DNA from: a virus | Taxonomy: Duplodnaviria; Caudoviricetes | Direction: 5' to 3' (one strand) | Length of the DNA: 64,000 nucleotides | Virus record (IMG/VR): IMGVR_UViG_3300038393_002209 | Location: 372 to 64,371 of that record | Shown here: in pieces, positions 55,281 through 64,000 of the stretch | Numbering within the stretch: position 1 is the stretch's first letter | How the letters are laid out: every line of letters begins with the position of its first letter | Notes under the pieces: model-generated | Databases searched by the model: none | Told to the model about the DNA's origin: nothing | What the model saw: only the letters and a program-made list of their open reading frames with translations | Position numbers and translations under genes: made by a program

Positions 55281-56193
55281 CGGCCTCCGCACCTCGACCA
55301 TCGACGCCCGGGTCGACCCGTCCGACCGGGAGCCCTACATCCAGCTCCTCCAGAGGACCCAGAGCCGGGAGCAGGTCGATTCCATCAAGGCCAGGCTCGA
55401 AGCCCTCAAGGCCGAGCACGAGGCCAAGAGGGCCGCCTCGGAGGCCGGGATCTCGGCCGAGGCCCGGGCCATCCTCCGGTGCGAGGAGGCCGCCAAGGGC
55501 ATCGATCGCATCCGCGAGCTGGCCGCCATCCGGCAGTCCAAGGCGGAGGCCGGCGGCAACGCGGTCCTCGACAGCCTCAAGCCGGCGGGGGACCCGGACG
55601 GCCACGCCTTCACCCAGATGGTCGGCCGAGCCCGCCGACCCGGCCTCGACCTGGCCGACCTCCAGCGTCGCCACGCCGAATGGTCGTCGAAGCGGTTCGG
55701 CCCCGACCCGATGAAGCACAAGGTCTACGGCCTGACGACCGCCCTGGCGTTGGCCGGCCACGTCGGCCGGATCTGCCACCACCACCTCAAGCAGGAGCAG
55801 TCGATCCGCGGCGGCCCCGAGCACCACGACAAGGGCGGCCGGGCCGCGGTCGGGACCCTCATGGAGTCCGCCCGGGAGTACGCCGCCACCCGGCACGAGA
55901 TGAACGCCCCGGCCCCCTACCACAGCCCCGGCCTGCTGATGGTCCTGGGCGTCGTCGAGGAGTCCGGCGAGCTGGCCAAGGCGGCCCTCCAGCGGGAGTG
56001 GTCGCTCCGCGAGGGGAACCTCCTGGCGGCCGAGGGTCACGCCCACGAGATCCGCGACGCCGTGGGCGACATCTTCCTCTACCTGTGCGACGTCTGCACC
56101 AAGAACGGCTGGGACCTGGCCTCGATCGTCGGCCGGGTGGCCGATCAGGTCTTCGCCCGCGTGCCGTCCGAGCTGCCCCCCACCGAGGCGTGA
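55261..56193 (+). CDS. MazG-like NTP pyrophosphohydrolase
   Basis: LGVVEESGELAKA...IRDAVGDIFLYLCDVCTKNGWDL. Confidence 0.75.
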   Translation: MTTSPSDGLRTSTIDARVDPSDREPYIQLLQRTQSREQVDSIKARLEALKAEHEAKRAASEAGISAEARAILRCEEAAKGIDRIRELAAIRQSKAEAGGNAVLDSLKPAGDPDGHAFTQMVGRARRPGLDLADLQRRHAEWSSKRFGPDPMKHKVYGLTTALALAGHVGRICHHHLKQEQSIRGGPEHHDKGGRAAVGTLMESAREYAATRHEMNAPAPYHSPGLLMVLGVVEESGELAKAALQREWSLREGNLLAAEGHAHEIRDAVGDIFLYLCDVCTKNGWDLASIVGRVADQVFARVPSELPPTEA

Positions 56194-56258
56194 GCCGCCA
56201 CGCCGATCCGTCGTCACCGTCCCATCCACACGTCCACGATTTCGAGGTCGAGTCCGCG

Positions 56259-59200
56259 ATGAACCAGATCAGCAAGCGTCAGGGCATGGGGATCGAGCGT
56301 CACTTCTCCCTCTTCGGCGGGGCGATGCCCCGGGCCAGGCAGGTCCGGGCGGAGATCAAGGGGGACAGCGGCGTCCCCCTCTTCTCCCAGGAGGTCAACG
56401 TCCCCGAGACCTGGGGCGACGACGCCGCCAACATCGTCGCATCCAAGTATCTCTACGGGGACGCCTCGAAGGGCTTCGACCCCTGGAAGGGGGGACGGGA
56501 GACCTCGGCCTACCAGCTCGTCGATCGGGTCTCCGGCCAGGTCGCCCAGTGGGGGCTCGACGGCGGCTACTTCGCCTCGGAGGTCGAGGCGTTCACGTTC
56601 CAGGCCGAGCTGCGGGCCATCTGCCTCGGGCAGGTCGCCGCGTTCAACTCCCCGGTCTGGTTCAACGTCGGCCTGCACCGCAGCTACGGCGTCTCCACGC
56701 CCGGGACCGGGTTCCAGGCCCAACTCCACACCTGGGTCGAGGGCACCGACCAGAAGGAGTGGATCACCTTCCGGGTCCAGGACAACTACCAGAGCCCCCA
56801 GGGCTCGGCGTGCTTCATCCAGAGCCTGTCCGACGACATGGGCTCGATCATGGACCTCGCCCGCTCCGAGGCCATGCTGTTCAAGTTCGGCTCGGGCACC
56901 GGCACGGACCTCTCGACCCTCCGGTCCACCCGGGAGAAGCTCTCCGGCGGCGGCAAGCCCTCCGGCCCGGTGTCGTTCCTGGGCGTCTACGACTCGATCG
57001 CGGGCGTCATCAAGTCGGGCGGCAAGACCCGCCGGGCCGCCAAGATGAACACGCTCCGATGCCACCATCCCGACATCCTGGAGTTCATCCGGGCCAAGTC
57101 GGCCGAGGAGCGGAAGGCCCGGGCGTTGATCGCGGGCGGCTTCGACGGGTCCTGGAACGGGGAGGCATACGCCTCGGTCAAGTACCAGAACGTGAACCTG
57201 TCCGTGGGCGTCACGGATGAGTTCATGGACAAGGCCGCTGGCGGACTCCTCGCCTACCCGACCGTCGCGGTCACGACCGGGCAGAACGTCGAGTGGCTCG
57301 ATGCCCGCGAGGTGCTCAACGAGATCGCCCTCGGGACCTGGACCTGCGGGGACCCGGGCGTCCATTACGTCGACACCATGAACCGCTGGCACACCTGCCC
57401 GAACAGCGGTCCCATCAACACCTCGAACCCGTGCTCCGAGTACGTCTTCCTCGATGACTCGGCCTGCAACCTGGCCTCGATCAACCTGCTTAAGTTCCGC
57501 AGGGACGACGGCACGTTCGACGCCGAGGGCTTCCGCCACGCGGTCCGGGTGATGCTCACCGCCCAGGAGATCCTGGTCGGCGGCGTCAGCTACCCCACCG
57601 AGAAGATCGCCATCAACTCCGCCCGGTTCCGCCCCCTGGGCCTGGGCTACGCCAACCTCGGGGCCTACCTGATGGCCTCGGGCCTGCCCTACGACTCCGA
57701 CGAGGCCCGCGAGCTGGCGGCGGCGATCACGGCGCTGATGCACGCCGAGGCCCTCCTGCACTCCGCCCGGATGGCCGAGGTCACGGGTCCCTTCGACGGG
57801 TTCGCCGAGAACCGCGAGCCGATGATGGGCGTCGTCCGGCAGCATTTCGAGGCCGCGGTCGCCCTCACCCTCGGGGCGGTCCCGGGGACAGAGGCCGGAC
57901 GGCTCGCACGCCTGGCCTCGGACGTGATGAACGAGGCCAGGAGGCTCGGGGAGGTTCACGGCTACCGCAACGCCCAGGTCACGCTCATCGCCCCCACCGG
58001 CACGATCGCGTTCATGATGGGCTGCGACACCACCGGGATCGAGCCCGACTTCGCCCTGGTCAAGATCAAGACCCTGGCCGGCGGCGGGTCGATGACGATC
58101 GTCAACCAGACCGTCCAGGCGGCCCTCAAGCACCTCGGCTACGAGCCCAAGGACATCGACGACATCCTGGGATACATCTACAGCTTCGGCACAGTTGACG
58201 GGTGCGAACTCCTCAAGGATGAGCACCGCAGGATCTTCGACTGTGCCAACGACATCTCGATGGGTGGCCACATCCGCATGATGGCCGCGGTGCAACCCTT
58301 CCTCTCCGGGGCGATCTCCAAGACGGTCAACGCCCCGCACGACTGCACGCCGGCCACGATCGCCGCCGCCTACGTCCTGGGCTGGAGGCTCGGCCTCAAG
58401 GCCCTGGCGATCTACCGGGACGGCTCGAAGGAGTCCCAGCCGCTCAACGCCAAGACCAAGGGGGACGACGATGGCGATCGGGCTGATGATGAGGCTGGTC
58501 GTGATGGGGGCGACGGCGTTGCTCCCGCTCCTGGTGGACATGGGGATCTCCCGCAGGTCATCAAGGCGGGCGACTGGTACGTCCCAGGGGAGCCGGGCAT
58601 GCACCCCGCGATCCGGAAACTCGCCGACGACGACTGCGTCGCCATCCCCAGCGACGACCCGGACCTCGGTCAGATCGTCGTGAGGGGCGACCGGCTCCGG
58701 GCCTTGATCTGGACGCTCGGCCCCCATCGCCTGCCCGGCGAGGGCACGGTCGAGGCCCTGGGCCGCATCCTCAAGCCCTGGACCCCGGCCCAGCTCAAGA
58801 CGGCCGAGGCCGTGGCGGATCGGCTCCGGCCCGCCCGGGAACGCCTGCCCGAGACCCGGGACAGCGTGACCCACAAGTTCGAGGTCGGGCAGCACGAGGG
58901 GTACATCACCGCCGGCATGTACCCCGACGGCCGGCTCGGCGAGCTGTTCGTCGAGGTCTCCAAGGAAGGCTCCACGGTCGGCGGCCTGATGGACTGCCTG
59001 GCGACCATGATCTCGATCGGGCTCCAGTACGGGGTGCCCCTGGAGGCCCTCACCTCCAAGCTGAGGCACCAGAAGTTCGAGCCCTCTGGGTTCACCCGAA
59101 ACGACCAGATCCGAACGGCCACCAGCCTCGTGGACTACCTCGCGGCCTGGCTGGATCAGGAGTTCCCGGGCGGTTGCAGGCGTGCCTCCGCGGGCACGAG

Positions 59201-59516
59201 GTTCACGGTCCTGGACCTGGCCCGGGTGATCGCCTCGGCGGCCGGTAACGGATTCCACGAGTCGGCCGAGGGACTCGCCGCGGACGTCGCCGGGGCCTCG
59301 AAGGAGTCCCTCCTCAACAACCTGGCGTTCCTGGCCAAGGCCGCCCAGTCCGAGGCCGAGCACACGGACGACATGGGCTTCGGCATCGTGCCCGAGGCCA
59401 GGCGGGAGTCCACCGGGGACGCCTGCCCGTCCTGCGGCAACCTGATGGTCCGGGTCTCGAAGACCTGCTGGAGCTGCCCGCGGTGCGGTGACGGTGTGGG
59501 CGGGTGTGGCGGCTAA
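56259..59516 (+). CDS. nrdJ: class II (B12-dependent) ribonucleotide reductase with C-terminal TSCPD domain
   Basis: FNSPVWFN, SACFI, NPCSEY, IAPTGTI, ISKTVN; THKFEVG.HEGY TSCPD; CPSCG Zn ribbon. Confidence 0.95.
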   Translation: MNQISKRQGMGIERHFSLFGGAMPRARQVRAEIKGDSGVPLFSQEVNVPETWGDDAANIVASKYLYGDASKGFDPWKGGRETSAYQLVDRVSGQVAQWGLDGGYFASEVEAFTFQAELRAICLGQVAAFNSPVWFNVGLHRSYGVSTPGTGFQAQLHTWVEGTDQKEWITFRVQDNYQSPQGSACFIQSLSDDMGSIMDLARSEAMLFKFGSGTGTDLSTLRSTREKLSGGGKPSGPVSFLGVYDSIAGVIKSGGKTRRAAKMNTLRCHHPDILEFIRAKSAEERKARALIAGGFDGSWNGEAYASVKYQNVNLSVGVTDEFMDKAAGGLLAYPTVAVTTGQNVEWLDAREVLNEIALGTWTCGDPGVHYVDTMNRWHTCPNSGPINTSNPCSEYVFLDDSACNLASINLLKFRRDDGTFDAEGFRHAVRVMLTAQEILVGGVSYPTEKIAINSARFRPLGLGYANLGAYLMASGLPYDSDEARELAAAITALMHAEALLHSARMAEVTGPFDGFAENREPMMGVVRQHFEAAVALTLGAVPGTEAGRLARLASDVMNEARRLGEVHGYRNAQVTLIAPTGTIAFMMGCDTTGIEPDFALVKIKTLAGGGSMTIVNQTVQAALKHLGYEPKDIDDILGYIYSFGTVDGCELLKDEHRRIFDCANDISMGGHIRMMAAVQPFLSGAISKTVNAPHDCTPATIAAAYVLGWRLGLKALAIYRDGSKESQPLNAKTKGDDDGDRADDEAGRDGGDGVAPAPGGHGDLPQVIKAGDWYVPGEPGMHPAIRKLADDDCVAIPSDDPDLGQIVVRGDRLRALIWTLGPHRLPGEGTVEALGRILKPWTPAQLKTAEAVADRLRPARERLPETRDSVTHKFEVGQHEGYITAGMYPDGRLGELFVEVSKEGSTVGGLMDCLATMISIGLQYGVPLEALTSKLRHQKFEPSGFTRNDQIRTATSLVDYLAAWLDQEFPGGCRRASAGTRFTVLDLARVIASAAGNGFHESAEGLAADVAGASKESLLNNLAFLAKAAQSEAEHTDDMGFGIVPEARRESTGDACPSCGNLMVRVSKTCWSCPRCGDGVGGCGG

Positions 59517-60430
59517 TCCTTCGCGGCGGCCCCGTCGGACTGATCCACGGGGCCGCCTTTGGCCTTGGCTTTCGCCCTCCGGCTGGGCGTCGCCCTCGTT
59601 TTTGGCGTCGCCCTCTCGGCGGTCAGGTCCGCGTGGGCCTTCAGGACCCGCCGACGAATCTCGCGGGCGTAGGAATATAACGCCTTGGCATATCGATTAT
59701 ACGTTGGGTGGTCCACGCCGACCGGGTCGCCCTCATCCGCGGGATGATTCGGGCACGATTCCGCGAACTTCCTGTCCGCCACCCCGAGCCGATGGACGAG
59801 CACGTTCCTGACGTTGGCGACTTCCAGGATGGTATCCCGAATATCGCCCGAGACACCGCCCCCGAGCCCGATGCAATCCAGTAGGGACTCGAAACGGCCG
59901 ACCCCGGACTTCAATGAGGAACCGAGGCTGTTCTCCAGGAGGCCGATGATGTACCGCATCCTGATCCCCTCGTCCTCCAAGTCCTCGAACTCGGAGAAGG
60001 ACACCTTGAGATTCTTCAATTTGTCGGATGCTTTCCTCGACTCACGCATGACGACTAGCCAGTTGACGGCCAGGTCTCGGACCGAGGTCTCAAGGGCGCC
60101 CCAATGAAATATCGTGGCGTAATTATAAAGATTTGTGAATCCAATATCCTGTTCCGAGGCAGCCTGGGTGACGATGTCGTCCCAATTCTGCTTGACCCGC
60201 TTGTCCTTGGCCATTCTCCCGAGGAATTCCCCGTGGTTGGCGAGCCATTTGGTGGCCGCCCAGACCATGCCGGTGAATTTATGGAACTCGTTGATGCGTT
60301 TATCGTAGTCGTCGAGCGGCTCCAGGATGATGGATAGGCCAGTCGCCATCAGACTCCGATCTTCGCCGTCCATAACCATGCTCGGCACTCCCGGGGACGC
60401 GGCGAGGCGGGTCATTCCGAAGTCGCCCAT
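59513..60430 (-). CDS. lower-GC protein with HEPN-like RxxxxH motif
   Basis: LEVANVRNVLVHRLG; helical; AT-rich codons; antisense to flanks; start uncertain. Confidence 0.6.
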   Translation of the reverse strand: MGDFGMTRLAASPGVPSMVMDGEDRSLMATGLSIILEPLDDYDKRINEFHKFTGMVWAATKWLANHGEFLGRMAKDKRVKQNWDDIVTQAASEQDIGFTNLYNYATIFHWGALETSVRDLAVNWLVVMRESRKASDKLKNLKVSFSEFEDLEDEGIRMRYIIGLLENSLGSSLKSGVGRFESLLDCIGLGGGVSGDIRDTILEVANVRNVLVHRLGVADRKFAESCPNHPADEGDPVGVDHPTYNRYAKALYSYAREIRRRVLKAHADLTAERATPKTRATPSRRAKAKAKGGPVDQSDGAAAKD

Positions 60431-60583
60431 CGGGCGACCACCTAGGTCGTTCATACCGTTGGATATGGACACCGTCAAGCTCCGGCGGTTCACGCCGCCT
60501 CCCCGCGGAATCCCAATCGTTCCGACCCCCGGCTCGACCCCGGGGGTCGCTTGCGTCTTGGGAGCGTAGTACGGGTGGGCACG

Positions 60584-61570
60584 ATGAGCCGTCAATCACG
60601 CCGCCAACCCCGGGGGACCGATGCCGTGGAATTCCCGACGAACCGCCTTCTCGACCTGATCGGCAAGGACCGCCTCAAGGCGGTCGGGGCGGCCGTCCTG
60701 GCGGCCCTGGCGGCCCTCTTCGGGCTCTCCCAGGCCCCGAAGCCGGCCCCGGCCCCGCAGGGCTCGCAGGTGCCCCGGGTGTGCGTGGACGTGACCATCA
60801 ACCTGCCGCCCGGGACCGCCGGCCTGGCCGCGATGCGGAACCAGACCTGGAAGCCGGGCCAGGTGCTGAGGGTCAGGTTCCTGGAGGGAGGCCCCCGCCA
60901 GAAGTCATTGGCGTTCAAGTACATCTCGGCGTGGTCGAAGGTTTGCAACATCAAGTTCCGGGCGGTCGAGTCCGGGGACGCCGAGATCCGGGTCACGTTC
61001 CAGCCCGGCCTGGGGAGCTGGTCCTACATCGGCACCGGCTCGGCCGCCGTGCCCGGGGGCTCGGCCACCATGAACCTGGGCTGGCTGGAGGAGGACTCCG
61101 ACGAGTCCGAGTTCTACGTCGCCACCCACGAGGCCGGCCACGCCCTCGGTTTCGTCCACGGACAGAACGCCCCGAACAGCCCGATCCCCTGGGACGTGGC
61201 CAAGGTCTACCGCTACTTCTCCGGCCCGCCCAACTTCTGGGACCGCCAGACGATCTATAACAACGTCATCATGCGTTACAGCGGCACCGAGGCCCTCGCC
61301 GGCCCCTGGGACCGGGACTCGATCATGCAGTACCCGGTCGACCAGGCGTTGACGGTGGGGGACTTCGAGGTCGGCTGGAACACCGAGATCAGCGAGGGGG
61401 ACGCCGCCTTCGCCCGGCACCTCTACCCGTTCCCGGGCGACCCGAAGCCGGGGGACCCGAGCCCCGTGGCCCCGGGCCGCGACCACCCGTTCCCCCGCGG
61501 CCTGGCCCCGGCCAACTGCCCGGCCCCGGCCGCCTTCGTCGTGCCGAGGGACCGCCTGGGCACGCTCTGA
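60584..61570 (+). CDS. astacin-like (M12A) zinc metallopeptidase with N-terminal membrane anchor
   Basis: HEAGHALGFVH zinc motif and DSIMQY Met-turn. Confidence 0.88.
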   Translation: MSRQSRRQPRGTDAVEFPTNRLLDLIGKDRLKAVGAAVLAALAALFGLSQAPKPAPAPQGSQVPRVCVDVTINLPPGTAGLAAMRNQTWKPGQVLRVRFLEGGPRQKSLAFKYISAWSKVCNIKFRAVESGDAEIRVTFQPGLGSWSYIGTGSAAVPGGSATMNLGWLEEDSDESEFYVATHEAGHALGFVHGQNAPNSPIPWDVAKVYRYFSGPPNFWDRQTIYNNVIMRYSGTEALAGPWDRDSIMQYPVDQALTVGDFEVGWNTEISEGDAAFARHLYPFPGDPKPGDPSPVAPGRDHPFPRGLAPANCPAPAAFVVPRDRLGTL

Positions 61571-61614
61571 ATCCCGCGACGCCGGACCGAGCGGAGTCTC
61601 CCACACGTTCTCGC

Positions 61615-61836
61615 ATGGAGACCCGACCGATGGATCAGAAGTCGATCCTGATGCTCGCCCTCTCGGTGGCCTACGAGGGCCTGGCCAAGCTCGACGCCTT
61701 CAACTCCTACGCCCCGACCGTGGGCCTGGTGGCCGACGCCGTGTCCAAGTTCGTCTCGGGGGACGTCCCGGGCGCCGTCGAGGCGATCGTGGCCGCCCTG
61801 CCCAAGCCGAAGCTCCCCGGGAAGGGCGGTGCGTGA
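61615..61836 (+). CDS. small hydrophobic protein (holin-like?)
   Basis: 73 aa with apolar helices, after the protease. Confidence 0.45.
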   Translation: METRPMDQKSILMLALSVAYEGLAKLDAFNSYAPTVGLVADAVSKFVSGDVPGAVEAIVAALPKPKLPGKGGA

Positions 61837-62018
61837 TGGACGCCCGCCAGCCCCGGGAGGCCGAGGAGCGGCCCGGACCCTGGGCCGTGGCCGAGGTGGA
61901 CGGCAAGTATTACGAGCGACTGCCCCGGCGGCGACGGCGGGGCGGCAGGGTCCGCAGGAAGCGGATCGTGGACACCCCCGGGAGCTGGGACGACGCCGTC
62001 CGACTCCTGGAGGGATGA
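61833..62018 (+). CDS. small basic protein
   Basis: 61 aa with poly-Arg; GTGA coupling. Confidence 0.45.
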   Translation: MMDARQPREAEERPGPWAVAEVDGKYYERLPRRRRRGGRVRRKRIVDTPGSWDDAVRLLEG

Positions 62019-62024
62019 AACGAC

Positions 62025-62052
62025 GAAGCCCCGGGGGACCTCCCGGGGCTTC
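62025..62052. terminator. hairpin between convergent units
   Basis: GAAGCCCCGGG-GGACCT-CCCGGGGCTTC. Confidence 0.75.
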
Positions 62053-62098
62053 TCTCATTCGGTCGTCGGGGGCCGGACCCGGCTCGGCGTCGGCCCAT

Positions 62099-62467
62099 TC
62101 AGGGGACCAGGGCCGGCCTGGCGACCGGGTCGGGAGGTTCGGTTTCGGGCGAGGGCTTGTCCTTGCGGCCACCGCGGCCGTCGAAGTGAAGCCCCTTGGC
62201 CTTCCTCCCCCTGGGGGCCGTGTAGGGGGCGAAGAGGATGGCTGGGTCGTAGCCGGCCACCGAGATCAGCCGGTGGACCGCCTGGAACGAGGGGCACCGA
62301 TTGCCCGTCTCGAAGTGGTAGTACGACTGGGGGACCGGGAACCCCGCCGCCTTGCCGGCGGCGTAGGCCGTCTCGTACCCGGCCCGCTCCCGGGCCTCAC
62401 GGATGCGGCGGGCGACCTCCTCCTTCGGCATGTCGTCGTGCTGATCGGGGGGCGTCCTCTCGGGCAT
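62099..62467 (-). CDS. XRE-family HTH regulator
   Basis: RRIREARERAGYETAYAA...YYHFETGNRCPS. Confidence 0.75.
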   Translation of the reverse strand: MPERTPPDQHDDMPKEEVARRIREARERAGYETAYAAGKAAGFPVPQSYYHFETGNRCPSFQAVHRLISVAGYDPAILFAPYTAPRGRKAKGLHFDGRGGRKDKPSPETEPPDPVARPALVP

Positions 62468-62471
62468 GGGC

Positions 62472-62795
62472 TCACCTCTCTGGACGGGCCGTCGCCCGGG
62501 AGACGGCCAGCCTCATCTGGGCGGCCTGCTCGATGGGGTCGTCCGTCGGTTCGGCCAGCTCCAGCTCGGCCTCCGCGATGGACCTGGGGCCTGGTGGGAG
62601 GGACTCCAGGGCCACGACCGCGTGGTGGTACTCGGACAGTGCGATCCGCCAATGAGACCGTTCGGGCTCGCAAAGATCGGACCAGGGCCGCAGAGGACCA
62701 AAGTCCGAGTAGCGGGTCGTGACCTCGACCGGGTCCGGCCGGCCGTCGGGTCCCGGGCGTTGGACGACGGTGGTGTGGAACGGCTCGCGGTCCAT
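62472..62795 (-). CDS. hypothetical protein
   Basis: MDREPFHTTVVQRP..., coupled to neighbour. Confidence 0.55.
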   Translation of the reverse strand: MDREPFHTTVVQRPGPDGRPDPVEVTTRYSDFGPLRPWSDLCEPERSHWRIALSEYHHAVVALESLPPGPRSIAEAELELAEPTDDPIEQAAQMRLAVSRATARPER

Positions 62796-63022
62796 CACTC
62801 CGCCCCCTCCAGCCCGAGGGCGGCCAGGGCCGCGTTGCGGGAGCCGGCCTCGGTCAGGGTCTGGCCCCGGCCCAGGCACTCGTCCAGGCCCCGCCACGCC
62901 TCCCAGGACCAGCCGTAGCCGGTCTGCACGAGGACGGCCCGGAGCCGGACCCCCTCGACCTCGGCCGTTCCGACCTTGCGTGCCCGCCCGTTCTTCCAAG
63001 TCACCGGCGTCATGGTCAACAT
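62795..63022 (-). CDS. small hypothetical protein
   Basis: 75-aa beta-rich ORF. Confidence 0.55.
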   Translation of the reverse strand: MLTMTPVTWKNGRARKVGTAEVEGVRLRAVLVQTGYGWSWEAWRGLDECLGRGQTLTEAGSRNAALAALGLEGAE

Positions 63023-63147
63023 ATCACACCTCCGGCGGACCGCATGTCAAGGTCATCAGAAAAATGTCACCGTTCACTCACAGCCCGATGGGTCCCCGTC
63101 ATCATGTCGGCATGGACTTCGATGTTGAACAACTGATGGATGCCGGT

Positions 63148-63627
63148 TCAACCGGCGTCGGCCCAGGGGGAGAGGACCCCCTTGCACCGGCAGACGAAGT
63201 AGCGGCCCGGCTTGAGGGCCGGCTTCCGCCTCTTGTAGTAGGTCTTGTGGCAGAGGGTGCAGATCGCCATGAATCGGCCCTTGGGCATGAAGTCGGCTTC
63301 CTTGCACCTCGCCTCGGGCCGGGCGCCTACGGTGCGGCACCACGTCTTCCAGAGCCGGCCGTGGCCGGCCCCCGGCCCCGCCTTGGCGTGGGCGATCTCG
63401 TGGAGGATCGTGTCCCGGACCTCGGCGTCGGGGGCGTTGGCCATGTGGCGGGACAGCTCGATCCGCCGGAGGGGCTTGCCGTCGGGACGGAGGTGCCAGC
63501 AGAGCCCGAGGGCTCGCTCCCGGTCGTTGAACCGGAAGGTCCAACCGGCGGCGACCAGGCCCCACTGATCCATCAGCTCCCAGGCGAGCACCTCGATCTC
63601 GGCCAGGCGTGCGTCGCGGTCGGTCAC
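63148..63627 (-). CDS. SprT-like zinc metalloprotease
   Basis: ERALGLC...IELS...DTILHEIAHA...GHG..WK...C..C. Confidence 0.85.
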   Translation of the reverse strand: MTDRDARLAEIEVLAWELMDQWGLVAAGWTFRFNDRERALGLCWHLRPDGKPLRRIELSRHMANAPDAEVRDTILHEIAHAKAGPGAGHGRLWKTWCRTVGARPEARCKEADFMPKGRFMAICTLCHKTYYKRRKPALKPGRYFVCRCKGVLSPWADAG

Positions 63628-63628
63628 G

Positions 63629-63904
63629 TCAATACTCCTCGGGCAGGAGGACCGTGGTGGAGGAACGGTCGGCCTCGGTGATGACCCAGAACCTGACGCC
63701 GCACGACGATTCGTAGGCCGAGACGATCCGCTCGCCTTCCAGGAGGGCACGCTCATTGGCCAGGGCGTCCTCCCGGGGCACGTCGCCCCAGTCGCCGGAC
63801 TCGTGACGGATCAGGGACGCCGCGATCTCCGAAGGCAGCACCTTACCCAGTACGCCCGGGGTCACGCCCGCGAACCCGATGCTGAACTTCGACGAGGTCG
63901 CCAT
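63629..63904 (-). CDS. conserved small phage/plasmid protein
   Basis: RHESGDWG...NERAL...SAY...FWVITEADRSSTTVLLPEEY recurrent family pattern. Confidence 0.75.
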   Translation of the reverse strand: MATSSKFSIGFAGVTPGVLGKVLPSEIAASLIRHESGDWGDVPREDALANERALLEGERIVSAYESSCGVRFWVITEADRSSTTVLLPEEY

Positions 63905-64000
63905 GTCGTCACTCCCCTTTGAGCCAGAGGTACAGGCCGAGGTAGCTCACCTCCCGGCCGTCCGGCAGGATGTAGCGGCTCTCCCCACGCCCCTCCTCGA

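Noticed and set aside
58440-58830. Intein or intron in nrdJ
   Set aside because: The extra segment lacks an N-terminal Cys/Ser, a C-terminal His-Asn and LAGLIDADG motifs; it lies in the variable linker before TSCPD
56214-59363. Very long antisense or alternate-frame ORFs (also 23080-25731, 47463-50105, 39424-41910, 3686-5881, 14218-15966)
   Set aside because: They are shadows of real genes in GC-rich DNA, with G/R/P/V-biased translations and no motifs
52707-59516. Calling a Z-genome (2-aminoadenine) system
   Set aside because: No PurZ/PurA-like gene or DNA polymerase in the window; the hydrolases alone are not diagnostic

Overview
The window is most of a very GC-rich (about 70% by eye), temperate, tailed-phage genome with siphovirus-like gene order. 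No host housekeeping flank is visible. The host is probably a planctomycete, inferred from a Zn-ribbon-inserted SpoVG, a prepilin-type GFTLIEL protein and Pro-rich exported proteins. Modules in order: minus-strand small early ORFs (1-2.0 kb); putative TerS; a two-gene cassette with its own promoters (3.8-6.0 kb); an exported protein plus papain-like peptidase; TerL, portal, scaffold, major capsid, head/tail genes, tape measure, tail tip/fibre and a GT-B glycosyltransferase (9.6-31.8 kb); a sigma-70-family factor; accessory genes including an ArsR/membrane-peptide/prepilin operon; an HNH endonuclease; a tRNA-Leu(UAA) lacking its 3' end next to a tyrosine integrase; a CI-like repressor; recombination and replication genes (Rad52-like SSAP, prim-pol, ParB-like, SF2 helicase); nucleotide metabolism (ThyX, HD-DUF5664 fusion, MazG-like, NrdJ); a HEPN-motif protein; an astacin-like protease; and more minus-strand small ORFs. 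The strongest unexplained signals are: (1) 14 copies of a 13-bp quasi-palindrome GGWAA-N3-TTWCC spread over the genome; (2) a 3.2-kb cassette bracketed by a 19-bp inverted repeat, whose codons appear to avoid CCWGG; (3) an attP-like site carrying the 5' rather than the 3' part of a tRNA; (4) a second operator family in promoter spacers; (5) a roughly 450-nt ORF-poor, hairpin-rich leader. All family calls come from motif recognition by eye. No database searches were run.
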